DNA of 64,000 nt, from contig NJBF01000020.1 of assembly GCA_003144275.1 (NCBI GenBank), positions 9,481 to 73,480 on the forward strand, in the 5' to 3' direction. Made by a program: the position numbers and the translations under genes. The notes under the pieces were generated by a model. The model was not told where the DNA came from. It saw nothing but the letters and a program-made list of their open reading frames with translations, and did not search any database. The DNA comes from Candidatus Heimdallarchaeota archaeon B3_Heim. Lineage in GTDB: Archaea; Asgardarchaeota; Heimdallarchaeia; Hodarchaeales; Hodarchaeaceae. Numbering within the stretch: position 1 is the first letter of the stretch; every line of letters begins with the position of its first letter. Positions 49,891 through 60,616 of the stretch are shown here, one piece after another.

Positions 49891-50232
49891 ATTGCTACTT
49901 TTCAGTTATTTTAATATTAAAAGGTTAAGTAGTTCATCGTTGGAGCTATAATATCATGAGATCCATTTATGGCTCTATTAATTCAATATTTTAGTCTCTA
50001 CACCCTCTTCCTTTGTTGTTTTGCTTTTTGTTTCCCTTTTCCCCTTGAAGTTTGCTCTTCCTATTTGTCCATAAATATCTATATTTGGCGATCTATTTAA
50101 TAGATAGTTAACAACCCTTAGCCTTCACATTATTAAAAAGGCATTTCCTCCTAATTTCTCTCCTTAGCGTGTAAATAATTACACTCTTTTATAGAAGTAA
50201 ATAATTAATATCAAACTTGTTGGTTACAATGT

Positions 50233-52389
50233 GTGAGATGTTTGGCTAAAACGTACCAGGTCTTATTATGGACACTACTACTGGCATTTTCTTACAGCGT
50301 TGATAATTCAGCTAATATTACTGACAGTATAGCCGCTTTCTCTGTTACTTCATACTCTACCAGCGCTGATTTTACCAATTTTACCATTATTCAATCAGGA
50401 ATTTCTCAGGAAGGCGTTTTTTCAAGTGATAATGATAATAGCACTCATTACTGGAAACTCGAGAATGTAAATCAAAGTCAAGTTGTATATCTTTCTCTCT
50501 CTCCTCACAATGGTAATGATAAAGATGATTTGAATGTGGAATTATTTCGCCCGTCAGGTGAAAGCTATTCACAAATCCTTGAACCTACAGTGGGTTCTAC
50601 TGATTATCTTGCTTCGTGGTTAGCAAACGAATTTGGTGATTGGATTATCCAGGTTAACGATACTAGTCAATCAAATTTTACCTACACGATGTTAGTGGTC
50701 ATTCCGACGTCTGCATACAGTGAAAATTCTGCAATATTAGTTAATGAGACCCCAACTATAGCAAATTTCACTATTAGCCACGAAAGCCATTATTGGCAAG
50801 TATTATTAGAAGAAAATCAAGTTGGAACAATAAATCTGAAGGAAATCACGCCAACTATCCTACGAGTGTCTAAAATTACAATTTATCGTGCACAAAATCC
50901 TCTAAACCCGATTCTTCTACCAAGTGACATCTTTCAAAGCAAATATAATTACTCTTGGAATGCACCTGCTACTGATACGTATTTTGTGGAAATTACTCAT
51001 AAAGCAGAGAAAAGCTATCCAATCGGGCAGTATAATGTTTCTTTCACTGCTGAAACAGCTGGATACGATTTTAAAACTGCACTAGAGATACCATATAATC
51101 AAACTTTCACTGTCAACGTAGATCAGGGATTTATTCCTAGAAAACGCTATTATTTTACGTTTAAAGTCAACGTAAGCCGAACATTAGTGGACATCCGTGT
51201 ATTTGAATTGAATACAACAACTTCTACAATATTGGATTATGCAATTGTCGAGATCTTCGATGAAGGTCGCCAATCGCCAAAACTAGCCATACGTGAGGAG
51301 GAAGAAGATAGGGACGGTCAAATTAATATTTCAGAGAAGCTTGATACTGGAATTTATTATTTAAGAGTTACGCCAGAATCCAATGCAGTTGGTACTTTTC
51401 AAATATTCTTGGAATATCGTTTACCACAGCCTTTTGTTTGGAATGTTCTTGCGATCCTTCTAACAATTAGTACAGTTATAGTATTTCCAGTCTATCTAAT
51501 TTATCTTGATTCAAAAGGGAAATGGTACCGTGTAAGTCAATGGACTGTTTCTAGTTCTATCCAAAATGCCTACAAAATCTTTAGAAACAGTTTTAGAGGA
51601 ATTTATAATATCAAGGAAGTACCAAGTGACTCTATCTTAATTCACATTGCAAGTATTCCATTTCGAACATATGCTATTCTAAATTTTGTTGAATCTTCTG
51701 AAAATGAAACATTGATTTTTTCAAAACGTATCAACCGTAAATATGAGTGGGGGATCTATGTTCTTGTAGGATTATCTGTATTTGATGCACTAAATATTGG
51801 GGCCTATCTTTTATTCTCAGTACAATTTCTCCCACTATATTTTGCCAATCTGACTTCTTTGATTTTAATTTTAGCTATTCCAACAATTTCACTATTAATA
51901 ATTGTATTATTCACCAATGGATCTTCATATATGACTTACAGCCAAGTTTATAATCGAATCTCGTATATAATACAAAATTTTGAGGATTCAGAAGAAAATA
52001 CAATGTCCTCCTTAAGTATGGATCCAATCCAAGCTGCTAAAAGTGTAAACTATGTGAGAGTCCTTTGGAATCAAGCAAGACATGCCTTTAAAAATCAAAA
52101 TTACGAACTCTTCGTCATCAAAGCCGATGCAGCAGTGAAAAATCTCCTATCTACAAGATACTTACAAATATGCCCCATAAATTCCCAAACAAAAGCTGAT
52201 TTTCAAACCCAAGTGGTAGAATTAAGGAAACGTGGATTTGACTTACCTAATGAAAAAAAAATAGCACATTTCAGGAACCTTCGGAATAGGATAGTTCATT
52301 CATCAGTTACCTTGGGTGAAAAGGAATCGGTTGATTGTTTCGCTTACTATTCGACGTTCATCACTCGATTGGGTCTTCGACCCACATAA
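50233..52389 (+). CDS. Large membrane glycoprotein with a possible C-terminal HEPN-like domain
   Basis: Signal peptide; about 400-aa sequon-rich ectodomain; 4-5 TM helices; about 135-aa helical C-terminal domain containing FRNLRNRIVHSS (Rx4H, nt ~52280-52300). Confidence 0.3.
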   Translation: MRCLAKTYQVLLWTLLLAFSYSVDNSANITDSIAAFSVTSYSTSADFTNFTIIQSGISQEGVFSSDNDNSTHYWKLENVNQSQVVYLSLSPHNGNDKDDLNVELFRPSGESYSQILEPTVGSTDYLASWLANEFGDWIIQVNDTSQSNFTYTMLVVIPTSAYSENSAILVNETPTIANFTISHESHYWQVLLEENQVGTINLKEITPTILRVSKITIYRAQNPLNPILLPSDIFQSKYNYSWNAPATDTYFVEITHKAEKSYPIGQYNVSFTAETAGYDFKTALEIPYNQTFTVNVDQGFIPRKRYYFTFKVNVSRTLVDIRVFELNTTTSTILDYAIVEIFDEGRQSPKLAIREEEEDRDGQINISEKLDTGIYYLRVTPESNAVGTFQIFLEYRLPQPFVWNVLAILLTISTVIVFPVYLIYLDSKGKWYRVSQWTVSSSIQNAYKIFRNSFRGIYNIKEVPSDSILIHIASIPFRTYAILNFVESSENETLIFSKRINRKYEWGIYVLVGLSVFDALNIGAYLLFSVQFLPLYFANLTSLILILAIPTISLLIIVLFTNGSSYMTYSQVYNRISYIIQNFEDSEENTMSSLSMDPIQAAKSVNYVRVLWNQARHAFKNQNYELFVIKADAAVKNLLSTRYLQICPINSQTKADFQTQVVELRKRGFDLPNEKKIAHFRNLRNRIVHSSVTLGEKESVDCFAYYSTFITRLGLRPT

Positions 52390-52485
52390 ATTCAGTCATT
52401 TACCTTTTCGAATTTTGCCAAGAAAATCTTGCATTGAACATAAGGTTATTTAAACGAAAAAAAGTTTCAAAAAAGGTAAGGAAAT

Positions 52486-52779
52486 ATGAAAAACCTGGAT
52501 GAGTATTCCATGGCCAAAACTACTCTTGAAGAAGTACAACTTCCAAATTCATGCAAGAAAGTATACAGTGTAATTCTTGAAGAGGGGCCTGTAAGTTCTA
52601 AGGAAATTGTAACACGAGTTTCTTGCTCTACTCGTTCTGTGCGATATGCTCTAAAAAGACTTCTAGATGATGAATATGTCGAAAAACGACCTTGTCTGTC
52701 TGATATGAGACAAACATTATATTGTGCTAATATTAATAAAATTAAGGGTGAAATGTACTCTTTCAGAAAAGTATTGTGA
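52486..52779 (+). CDS. Small winged-helix DNA-binding protein (MarR/TrmB-like)
   Basis: VYSVILEEGPVSSKEIVTRVSCSTRSVRYALKRLLDDEYVEKRP. Confidence 0.4.
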   Translation: MKNLDEYSMAKTTLEEVQLPNSCKKVYSVILEEGPVSSKEIVTRVSCSTRSVRYALKRLLDDEYVEKRPCLSDMRQTLYCANINKIKGEMYSFRKVL

Positions 52780-52838
52780 GCAAGCTCAAAGGTTCCCCCT
52801 CTTTAATACAGCATTTCTTAACTTATAGAGGATTTTAT

Positions 52839-54077
52839 TTATCTTCCGCCAAGTTTTATTGAACTTTTTGCTAGCCTATGTTGTTCACCAATGAAACATT
52901 GTGTTTTAATCACTCGGCCATCAAAATGAGTCTGTTCCAGATCAAATTTAATTTCTATCTCAAACGAAAATGTTTCCCCCTCCGCGAGTGAGCTAATTAA
53001 CTTTTCTTCGGTACCTTGGGAGATCTTAACTCCTTCAGGAATATCAATTTTTATGAGAGTGTTTTGTAAAGATATTTTTCCAATATTCTCAACAATTACA
53101 GTCACCAAGTATTCCGAATCTTCCTCTATAGTTTCAGATTCCATGTTAAGATTTAAAGCAGGTTCAGCGTCTTTCGCTTCAATTAAAAATTTGTTTGAAT
53201 TACTTGGATATTCACCTTCTTCATGTGGAATTCCGTAGGTTACAATTAGCGGGCCTATTTTCCATTTTCCAGGTAAATTTGGAATTAATGAATAATTAAT
53301 GGTGTAATTTTCTCCTGTGCTGAGATTCAGTGGTAATTCGGGTGTGGTAGTTGAGATTAGTCTTCCATGAGATCCAGTTTTTAAGAAGATTGAATTGATC
53401 GAAATCGGTGCATGGGCTGTAAGAGTTGAAGAGAGCTGAAACTCCAAGCCTTTCTCTATTATCTGACTTTTATCCGCTACAAATAGCTCTGATTTGCAGA
53501 GAGAACATCGTTGCATAATTTCCTCTGCTTTTAGTTTGAGATTAGAGAATTCCTCTGGAATAGCAGTAGTAGGTAGTGATTCATGTTCTACGAAAGTATC
53601 TGAGGAATGTATAAGGGTCCACGTTGTAGCTAATGCTTTTCCATAGGAATCTGTGAAGGATTTTTTATTCGATTCATAGATGGAGGTTAATTTCTCAAAA
53701 TTTTTCTCAGAAAGGTAGATTAAAAATTGAATGTATCTTAGTTCGTTTGGTGGAATATTGGACTTTTTACTCAAACGAATCATCTGTAGAACACGATCAA
53801 TGCTTTGAAATATCTCTTTAATCGGCTTATTATTTGCAGTTATTCTCAACATCTGTTGATAATACAATTCTGCAGCATTTTCATACAGTTTTGCTTTTTC
53901 TGCTGAAAGAGCAGCATTATCGAGAGCTAAAAGGTTCATTTCTTCCGTGTCAAATCGTAGATAAGCTTTTTGAAAAAATTTAAACGCGGATTTAAAATTA
54001 TTCTTTTCAAAGGCAGTTTTTCCTTTTTCAAAATTTGTTTGAGGATCTACACCAAAGATTCGTCGAATGAAAGACAT
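52839..54077 (-). CDS. TPR-like N-terminal domain protein with C-terminal CARDB-like beta-sandwich domains
   Basis: Helical repeats at the N-terminus. C-terminal YLVTVIVENIGKISLQNTLIKIDIPEGVKISQG resembles CARDB/DUF11 strands. Confidence 0.3.
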   Translation of the reverse strand: MSFIRRIFGVDPQTNFEKGKTAFEKNNFKSAFKFFQKAYLRFDTEEMNLLALDNAALSAEKAKLYENAAELYYQQMLRITANNKPIKEIFQSIDRVLQMIRLSKKSNIPPNELRYIQFLIYLSEKNFEKLTSIYESNKKSFTDSYGKALATTWTLIHSSDTFVEHESLPTTAIPEEFSNLKLKAEEIMQRCSLCKSELFVADKSQIIEKGLEFQLSSTLTAHAPISINSIFLKTGSHGRLISTTTPELPLNLSTGENYTINYSLIPNLPGKWKIGPLIVTYGIPHEEGEYPSNSNKFLIEAKDAEPALNLNMESETIEEDSEYLVTVIVENIGKISLQNTLIKIDIPEGVKISQGTEEKLISSLAEGETFSFEIEIKFDLEQTHFDGRVIKTQCFIGEQHRLAKSSIKLGGR

Positions 54078-54169
54078 AACGCCACCGTAACTAAGAATAC
54101 TATTGATAGATCAACAAAAACTGCTCCTTTTTGAAAGTTATCAGAAGGAGGGAAGCGACTGAAAAATCT

Positions 54170-54574
54170 CTAAGAAGATCGAATAAAATCAATTAATTCT
54201 CTTTCACGTTCTTTAAGAAGTGTAATTAGTTTTCTTCTCAATTTTTCTGCGTTCTTTTCAGTCTTACCCAAATCGTAAATTCTACGAGAAAGCTCTATGT
54301 CCCCTAATACGTAGTTGATCCATAAGGCAAGATCTGAACGGACAACTGGCCCATCTAACAAATGGGGCTCGAAAATATCTTTGGTTGTTTCTCTAAAAAC
54401 GTGAAATTGCGTTATTGTTGCTGGAATTTCTGATAAAGTAGATATTAATTCCGACAAATTGGTAATAGTTGCGATTGTTCTCCCCTGATTTCCAATGAAT
54501 CGAAATGCAAGTTCAGGACTGCATTTTTTGAACATATCTTTAGCAGACGTATGTGAGATTTCCATTCCAGCCAC
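54170..54574 (-). CDS. Hypothetical protein
   Basis: 134-aa ORF. Confidence 0.2.
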   Translation of the reverse strand: MAGMEISHTSAKDMFKKCSPELAFRFIGNQGRTIATITNLSELISTLSEIPATITQFHVFRETTKDIFEPHLLDGPVVRSDLALWINYVLGDIELSRRIYDLGKTEKNAEKLRRKLITLLKERERELIDFIRSS

Positions 54575-55006
54575 ATTTGTTCACTGAGGGCCTCCCACTA
54601 GTTCAGACTATTAAATATTTCCTTATTATTTTGCATTTAATTGCTTTATAGTGTGTTTTTTTGATTATTAATACAGTGTTCTGGTATCTTTTTCTTCATT
54701 CGAGATTCCTTTCTTATTTAAGAAATTTATTTTTTCATTATATCAGTAACAAGCCATTTAAACAAGATGTTGGGTTTATTAAGGTTAGAGAGTTTAAAAA
54801 CAAGATTGAATTAAAAGTTTTATTTGTTTAAATGCTAGGTAAACGATTTTCTTCTTAATTCCGATGAAAAATTGACATCAAAATCTTATTGCACTAGTAT
54901 TAGGTTATTTAAAACACAGGTATGAATAAAGGATCTAAAACACCTTTCCACACAATTATAAAAAGGAAATTTCAAGTAATGACAAAACGCATCGGTTGAT
55001 GAAAAA

Positions 55007-55294
55007 ATGACTCCAATACGCGAGATTGAATGGGAAATAGCAAAGGGGAAAGTTTTGGAAAATCAGAAGAATGCGGAATTGGCCAGTGCTTTAGGAATTT
55101 CCCATGAAAATAATGTTTCTCGTATTTATTCACGATTTATTGAAAAAATTGAGCAAACTGAAAAAGATCTTCTATTGGCTGTTGAACTTGGTTTATATAC
55201 TCCTGTTTGGTTAGAAATCCGTAAAAAATCTGATATATCAAATTCTCTTTTGAATTATTTGAAATCTGAAATGGAAAATGCAATTACAGATTGA
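55007..55294 (+). CDS. Hypothetical small protein
   Basis: 95-aa ORF. Weak HTH-like region (NAELASALGIS). Confidence 0.2.
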   Translation: MTPIREIEWEIAKGKVLENQKNAELASALGISHENNVSRIYSRFIEKIEQTEKDLLLAVELGLYTPVWLEIRKKSDISNSLLNYLKSEMENAITD

Positions 55295-56468
55295 TTCTAT
55301 CGAGAATCCCTTGGACTCTCTCTCTTCTTTCTAACATCTCTCTTCTTACATTTTGAAAAGAGCTTGAGGTACAACAAATTGCACAGATAGGATGATCATT
55401 GTGGGCCGAAATTCCTGGCAAATTTCGTTGCGTAGCCAATTCAGGGGGTATTTCAGGTACTAAAAATAACTTTGAAGGATAAATTGGAATTTTATATCCA
55501 AATAAAGGATTCTTTGTGAATGTATCTGAGTTTTTGACATACTTCACAAGATGAGGGGTAATTTTATTATATGTCTTTTTCATCCACAGATCTATATTCT
55601 CATCAGGTAAGGTGTTACAAGAGAAAGGTACAATTTGATTTTCAATTACACCAAAAAATATCGTTATTAAACCAACTAACTTGAGCTGTTGAATAACACA
55701 AGTTAACGTTGATATACCAGACGTGATAAAAGGATTTTCAACGAACGGGTAATAAGAATTTTTTTCAAGGTCGTTATGAAAAAATTCGTGCCCATCTGGT
55801 GGTTTCAGGGTTTGAAAGCCAAGGAATTTTGTTGATTCAGAAGAAGAGAAAAAGCCTGCACAGTGTATGTCGTTGAAAGGTAAGAAATATCCTTTTCCTC
55901 CTAGATCTTTTTTCCATTTATGCTTGGTTTCCTTTGTGATAAGAAATCTATCTACATCCGTAACAACTAGTCCTTCATTATCTTTTTCTAATACTTTATT
56001 AGTTTCTACTTGTTTGTAAAATGAAGATAAATGAGCAAATTCGTTAATTAGATGATTAATAAATACAAAATTAGAAAATGAGATTTCTAAGGATTTTTGG
56101 TTCGATAATGGGATTTTACAGGTGTTTCTGAGCTGTTTTACCTTGTGTGGATGTTTATGAAATGGTGCCAAGGGAATTACCTGATCGAATTTTTCTTCCT
56201 CGAGCATGATTACTGCAAGCTCATACAGTAAATCCACAGTAGTCTTCCTTTTTTTCCGATCAAGTGAGCTATCAGGGACCTGTTTTTTTACAGAGAATTT
56301 CCATTCGGAATATTTTCTCGTTTCCATATTGCCTAGAACATCTACAGAACCTATTTTAGTATTTTTAAGATTTAATTTTAATAGTTGAACAATAGGACCA
56401 GCTTCTCTTCCTATTACTAATATTCGGTCTGGAGAGTTTGATGGTCGCATAAATTTCCACTTTGACAA
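55284..56468 (-). CDS. Hypothetical protein, possibly ATP-grasp-like
   Basis: N-terminal Rossmann-like RILVIGREAGPIVQLL. Central and C-terminal segments loosely resemble an ATP-grasp fold. C-terminal CAICC cluster. Confidence 0.2.
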   Translation of the reverse strand: MSKWKFMRPSNSPDRILVIGREAGPIVQLLKLNLKNTKIGSVDVLGNMETRKYSEWKFSVKKQVPDSSLDRKKRKTTVDLLYELAVIMLEEEKFDQVIPLAPFHKHPHKVKQLRNTCKIPLSNQKSLEISFSNFVFINHLINEFAHLSSFYKQVETNKVLEKDNEGLVVTDVDRFLITKETKHKWKKDLGGKGYFLPFNDIHCAGFFSSSESTKFLGFQTLKPPDGHEFFHNDLEKNSYYPFVENPFITSGISTLTCVIQQLKLVGLITIFFGVIENQIVPFSCNTLPDENIDLWMKKTYNKITPHLVKYVKNSDTFTKNPLFGYKIPIYPSKLFLVPEIPPELATQRNLPGISAHNDHPICAICCTSSSFQNVRREMLERRERVQGILDRINL

Positions 56469-56583
56469 TAATTAGAAAACAGGAAAGTCGATTGAATTGT
56501 GAGGAATTCCCCTCAATTTATAAACTCCACCCGAGACTATTACTCGGAATATCTATTAACTGGGTCTACCACTTAACAAATTA

Positions 56584-57294
56584 ATGGAATGGAGTCAAAT
56601 GAGTCACACTAGGAACAACCATACACGTTTCTTACATTTAAGAGTAATAATTGATTATCTGAAAACCAATGAACACCGCATAGCACATCATGCACATTCC
56701 AGAACAGAAACTCCTCTTGCATCACGAAACGATATAAAACCTCTTCTCCCTCTTATTAATGGAGAAACTGTAGATATTCTAACACTCGATCAAGAAAGTA
56801 GGAAGACTTTTGTAAAGGTGGTTCAGGCTGCAGAATTAATTGCTCATTTCCCAGACGATTCTGCTTTCATTGAAAGTATCTCAACTCTCAACGGATCAGG
56901 AATGGAAGGAATTCATTTAATATTTGTGACAAATGGTATTTTTACCCCATCTTTCCTAACTCCCAATTATTTGAATGAATATACGAATATTGAAAAATTA
57001 ACATTTCTAGAGACCCGTTTTGAATCATCATCTATTCATAAAATTGGAAATCCTACAATCTACCTACGGAAGGCTATTGGACAGATAAAACAGATAGAAA
57101 CTTCTTTTAAAGACAAACCAGATGATGTATGCGAATGTGGTAACCTTTTTTCACAGGGTTATTATAATATTCTTTATTGGGGCAAAAAGAATCAGTTAGA
57201 ATATTCAGTTTGTGATAAATGTGGAATTCAGAAGGAAACTGCCGAGAATGCTAATGCAGTGATGAATTTTTTGATGGGCCTAAGTGCAGAGTAA
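56584..57294 (+). CDS. Hypothetical protein with a C-terminal zinc ribbon
   Basis: CECG...CDKCG near the C-terminus. Confidence 0.25.
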   Translation: MEWSQMSHTRNNHTRFLHLRVIIDYLKTNEHRIAHHAHSRTETPLASRNDIKPLLPLINGETVDILTLDQESRKTFVKVVQAAELIAHFPDDSAFIESISTLNGSGMEGIHLIFVTNGIFTPSFLTPNYLNEYTNIEKLTFLETRFESSSIHKIGNPTIYLRKAIGQIKQIETSFKDKPDDVCECGNLFSQGYYNILYWGKKNQLEYSVCDKCGIQKETAENANAVMNFLMGLSAE

Positions 57295-58242
57295 GATTAC
57301 ACCACTGAAGTTGTCAGACAACGCAGTAAAACTGCGTTCTGGACAGGATAAGCCACACATCCGCTATCTGGAAAAAACAAATTCAACTGATGAATTCGTT
57401 TTCGAGGGACTACTTGGTACTATGGGGTTGGTATTCTCTTTTGATTCCTCTAATTTCAGATCCCACTAGTCTTACCCTCTCGCCTTTGACGGGTAACACG
57501 TCTAACGTAGTTACGAGGAAGGTACTCCAGAAGTCTTGATCTCTATTCTGTTAATCACCTCCGATTCCCAAGGACTTGAGGGGAGGAGTCCTTTTAAGCC
57601 TTTCAGAGAGAAAAGGAGACGAAAATAAGAAGAAATATTTGTCTGACAGAGTTGATCAAGAAATTAATTTTCAAAATTGAGAGTAGTGTTATAATAAGGC
57701 TGATTCTCACAGATCAGAATGCAAGTAGTTCTCGGAATTTCATGATTAGAAAATCAAGTATTGTGGAGAGGAGGGAAATAAATAATTCTTCATCAAGTAC
57801 TTGGAAAAAAAAATTTTTGAGAAAAGGTGAAAGGAAGGCGGATTTGCGTTAATCATGAAGGGGAATATAACGAATTAAGCCTTTCCTTTCTTATATGGAT
57901 CATATACCTACTCAATTATAAATTTTCTTATATTACACATTCCCGTTTTTCTTAAAATAAAACCGACAATCTTCTTTTTTTATTTCGTAAGGAAAAATAT
58001 CTTTGGTAAAGGTACTCTCTGAATTTTTGATAAGAGGATAAATGCCTAGTAGCTTTCACTATAGTCATCATGATATTGTATGAAAGGTGCTAACAATATC
58101 AGTGAAAATAATAATTATTAGTTACAAGCATTGAAATCATTTGTCTAAGCTCTAGTTAGAGCTTAAAATAACATTATTTCCATTTCTGTTTGTTCTATGA
58201 TTATTGAAAGTATTTTAAAGATAAAAAAGGGTAATATCTCAC

Positions 58243-58938
58243 TTAACTAGGGCTTAAACGTGTTTTCCAATCGGATACTGATTGACTGATCTCTTTTTTG
58301 ATTTTTGAAACCGATTCGGGGTTTGATGTCTTGTTTTGGACATCTTTTTGTAAGCTCTGTACATAGCGATTCATTTCATATGAAATTGTACCTGAATTAA
58401 CGAGGGTGTAGAGATCTTCTTTCGCTGCACGGATGATACTGATTAAATCCTGGGAGGTGATTGCATTATTAACTTTAGAAAGAAATGAATCAAAAAAAAT
58501 ACTTACTTTTCTTTGATCAGAACCTTCAAGCGATTGCCTATCGTTGATTTCAGTGGCAATTCCAACGACAGCATTTGAAATTATAGGCTGTAATCTTAGC
58601 ATTTCATGAGTTATCGTTGTTTCTAAGTTCTCATCGACGATTGCTGTTAAAACAACTTTAGGATCAGAATCGATAACAGTTGAAAGAAGTAAACCTCCCG
58701 TAGTCCTCACACTCATATTTACAAAATCCCCTGACAGCTCGCGTGCTATTGTATCTCCAGTAGGAACAACTAAACTACTTAGAGCACTGAGAGCAGTTTC
58801 ACTGTCAGCATCCTCTGATTTTAAACTTGATTGGGTTACCATTGGTAGGCCAGACATATCAGAAAGAACACAAATTTTTGCGCCTAGTTCAACAATAGAA
58901 TTGATAAGCACAGATAAGGATTTAACATCAATACTCAC
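58243..58938 (-). CDS. Roadblock/LC7 (MglB-like) domain protein with a C-terminal extension
   Basis: LGAKICVLSDMSGLPMV...ALSALSSLV...GGLLLSTVIDSDPKVVLTAIVDENLETTITHEMLRL matches Roadblock. Followed by an extra roughly 110 aa. Confidence 0.5.
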   Translation of the reverse strand: MSIDVKSLSVLINSIVELGAKICVLSDMSGLPMVTQSSLKSEDADSETALSALSSLVVPTGDTIARELSGDFVNMSVRTTGGLLLSTVIDSDPKVVLTAIVDENLETTITHEMLRLQPIISNAVVGIATEINDRQSLEGSDQRKVSIFFDSFLSKVNNAITSQDLISIIRAAKEDLYTLVNSGTISYEMNRYVQSLQKDVQNKTSNPESVSKIKKEISQSVSDWKTRLSPS

Positions 58939-59425
58939 AGTAATCTCTTCCTAGATATCAGTGGGAGGCTCACCTAGATTAAAATCTTAAAATTAAAAAA
59001 ACCTTTGAAACACTTCTTCAGAAATTTGACAATAATCAGATTTGAATTTGACAAAAATAGGATCAAATGATAGAGTCATGTTTTATTTAGTATATTTAAG
59101 CCTTAAGCCCTCTACTTAGTTGATAAGAGGATTAAAATGTAGTATGAAGCATTACGTGAATAAAATTTTTGATTACCTTTTCCGTATTAGCAGAAAGGGG
59201 ATTATTTCAATTTTAGTGTTCTCAAATGTGTTTTTTATTAGACCGTTCATCGAACAGATGTCTATTCACAAGTTTTCCTCTCTTCCATTTTATCGAGCTC
59301 ACCAATATATATATTAGAAATGTCTCTAAAATACCTTCATAACCCTATGACAGCTTTCAAATGCTATTCTTTCCCCGTAAAAGATAGATAATCTTTTCTA
59401 TTGGCTGCCTTCGAAGGTACAATAA

Positions 59426-60616
59426 ATGGAAATCTCAACTAATGTTAGCAAGATAAAATATGCAATCAGAGATATATTGATTTCCGCAAAAGAAGTTGAG
59501 AAGACTGGCAAAAAATTGTATTATTTTAATATTGGCGACCCTGATAAATACGATTTTGATACACCACAATTTCTAAAAGACGCGCTGGTCGAAGCTATTA
59601 CTGTGGATAAAGCTAATTATTATAGTGAATCCATGGGCGATAGTGAATTACGAACAGAGATAGTAAATAGGCAGAAACGTCTCTGGGGAACTGAATTAAA
59701 CCCTGAGAAAATTCTAGTTACTGCTGGTGTTTCAGAAGCAATTTCTATAATTTCTGGAAGCATGGCTCCAGGAACCGAGGTGCTAGTCCCCTCTCCTGTG
59801 TACCCCTCTTATCTCTCTTACTTTACCTTTCACGATATTTGTGGAATTGAATATAATACACAGGAATCACTTGATTGGCAACCCGATATAGACGATATTC
59901 GAAACAAAATTACGCCAAAGACCCAAGCGCTCCTTATCATTAATCCTAATAATCCTACAGGTGCAGTTTATCCTCCAAAAAGTGTGAAAGCAATCACGGA
60001 TATTGCAGGAGAATATAATCTGCTAGTCATATCAGATGAGATCTACGATTTATTAACCTATGAAGGAGGATATAAATCCACAGCATCTTTAACTGATGTG
60101 CCTGTATTAGAGTTAAATGGAATTTCTAAAACCCTTTTATCTCCTGGATGGAGATTAGGATGGGCAAATCTTAGAGATGAGGACGAAAAATACTCCCACT
60201 TATGGGAAGCGATGAATAAACAATCTAGAATCCGATTATGCGCGAATTCCCCCATTCAAAAGGCTGTAGCTAAAGTTTTGAACAATGATATGAATTTCCT
60301 CATTGAGGTTAATAGGAAATTAAAAGAAAGGGCTACTTATTTTGCTAAACGAATTAATGAAATGGAGGGATTATCAGCGCGAATTCCACAAGGGGCATTT
60401 TATTCCTTCCCACGTATTGATTTACCTATTGATGATACTGAATTTGTTCTAAAGGTTCTCAAGGAAACAGGCGTAGTTTTTGTATTTGGTAGTGGATTTG
60501 GAGCTTTAGGTAAGCAACACTTTCGTTCAGTTGTGCTTCCAGAAATTAAAGTGATGGAAGAAGCGTTAAATCACTTTGAATTATTTATGAAAAATTTAAA
60601 CTTAAGCGTTAAGTGA
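59426..60616 (+). CDS. PLP-dependent aminotransferase, class I/II (aspartate/alanine aminotransferase-like)
   Basis: Lys-containing GISKTLLSPGWRLGWA and NPNNPTGAVY motifs. 396 aa. Confidence 0.8.
   Translation: MEISTNVSKIKYAIRDILISAKEVEKTGKKLYYFNIGDPDKYDFDTPQFLKDALVEAITVDKANYYSESMGDSELRTEIVNRQKRLWGTELNPEKILVTAGVSEAISIISGSMAPGTEVLVPSPVYPSYLSYFTFHDICGIEYNTQESLDWQPDIDDIRNKITPKTQALLIINPNNPTGAVYPPKSVKAITDIAGEYNLLVISDEIYDLLTYEGGYKSTASLTDVPVLELNGISKTLLSPGWRLGWANLRDEDEKYSHLWEAMNKQSRIRLCANSPIQKAVAKVLNNDMNFLIEVNRKLKERATYFAKRINEMEGLSARIPQGAFYSFPRIDLPIDDTEFVLKVLKETGVVFVFGSGFGALGKQHFRSVVLPEIKVMEEALNHFELFMKNLNLSVK

Noticed and set aside
49990-50085. A roughly 90-nt polypyrimidine tract, considered as a distinct repeat or a triplex-forming element
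   Set aside because: It may simply be the IS left flank or promoter DNA. There is no second copy in the window to support a repeat family. It is mentioned under the HEPN-glycoprotein finding only.
57295-57610. Possible RNase P RNA or SRP RNA, suggested by GAGGAAGGTACTCC and ACAGGATAAGCC-like strings
   Set aside because: The strings only loosely resemble CR-I and CR-V. They are in the wrong order for a plus-strand RNase P RNA. No P4 pairing partner or SRP domain-IV motifs could be found.
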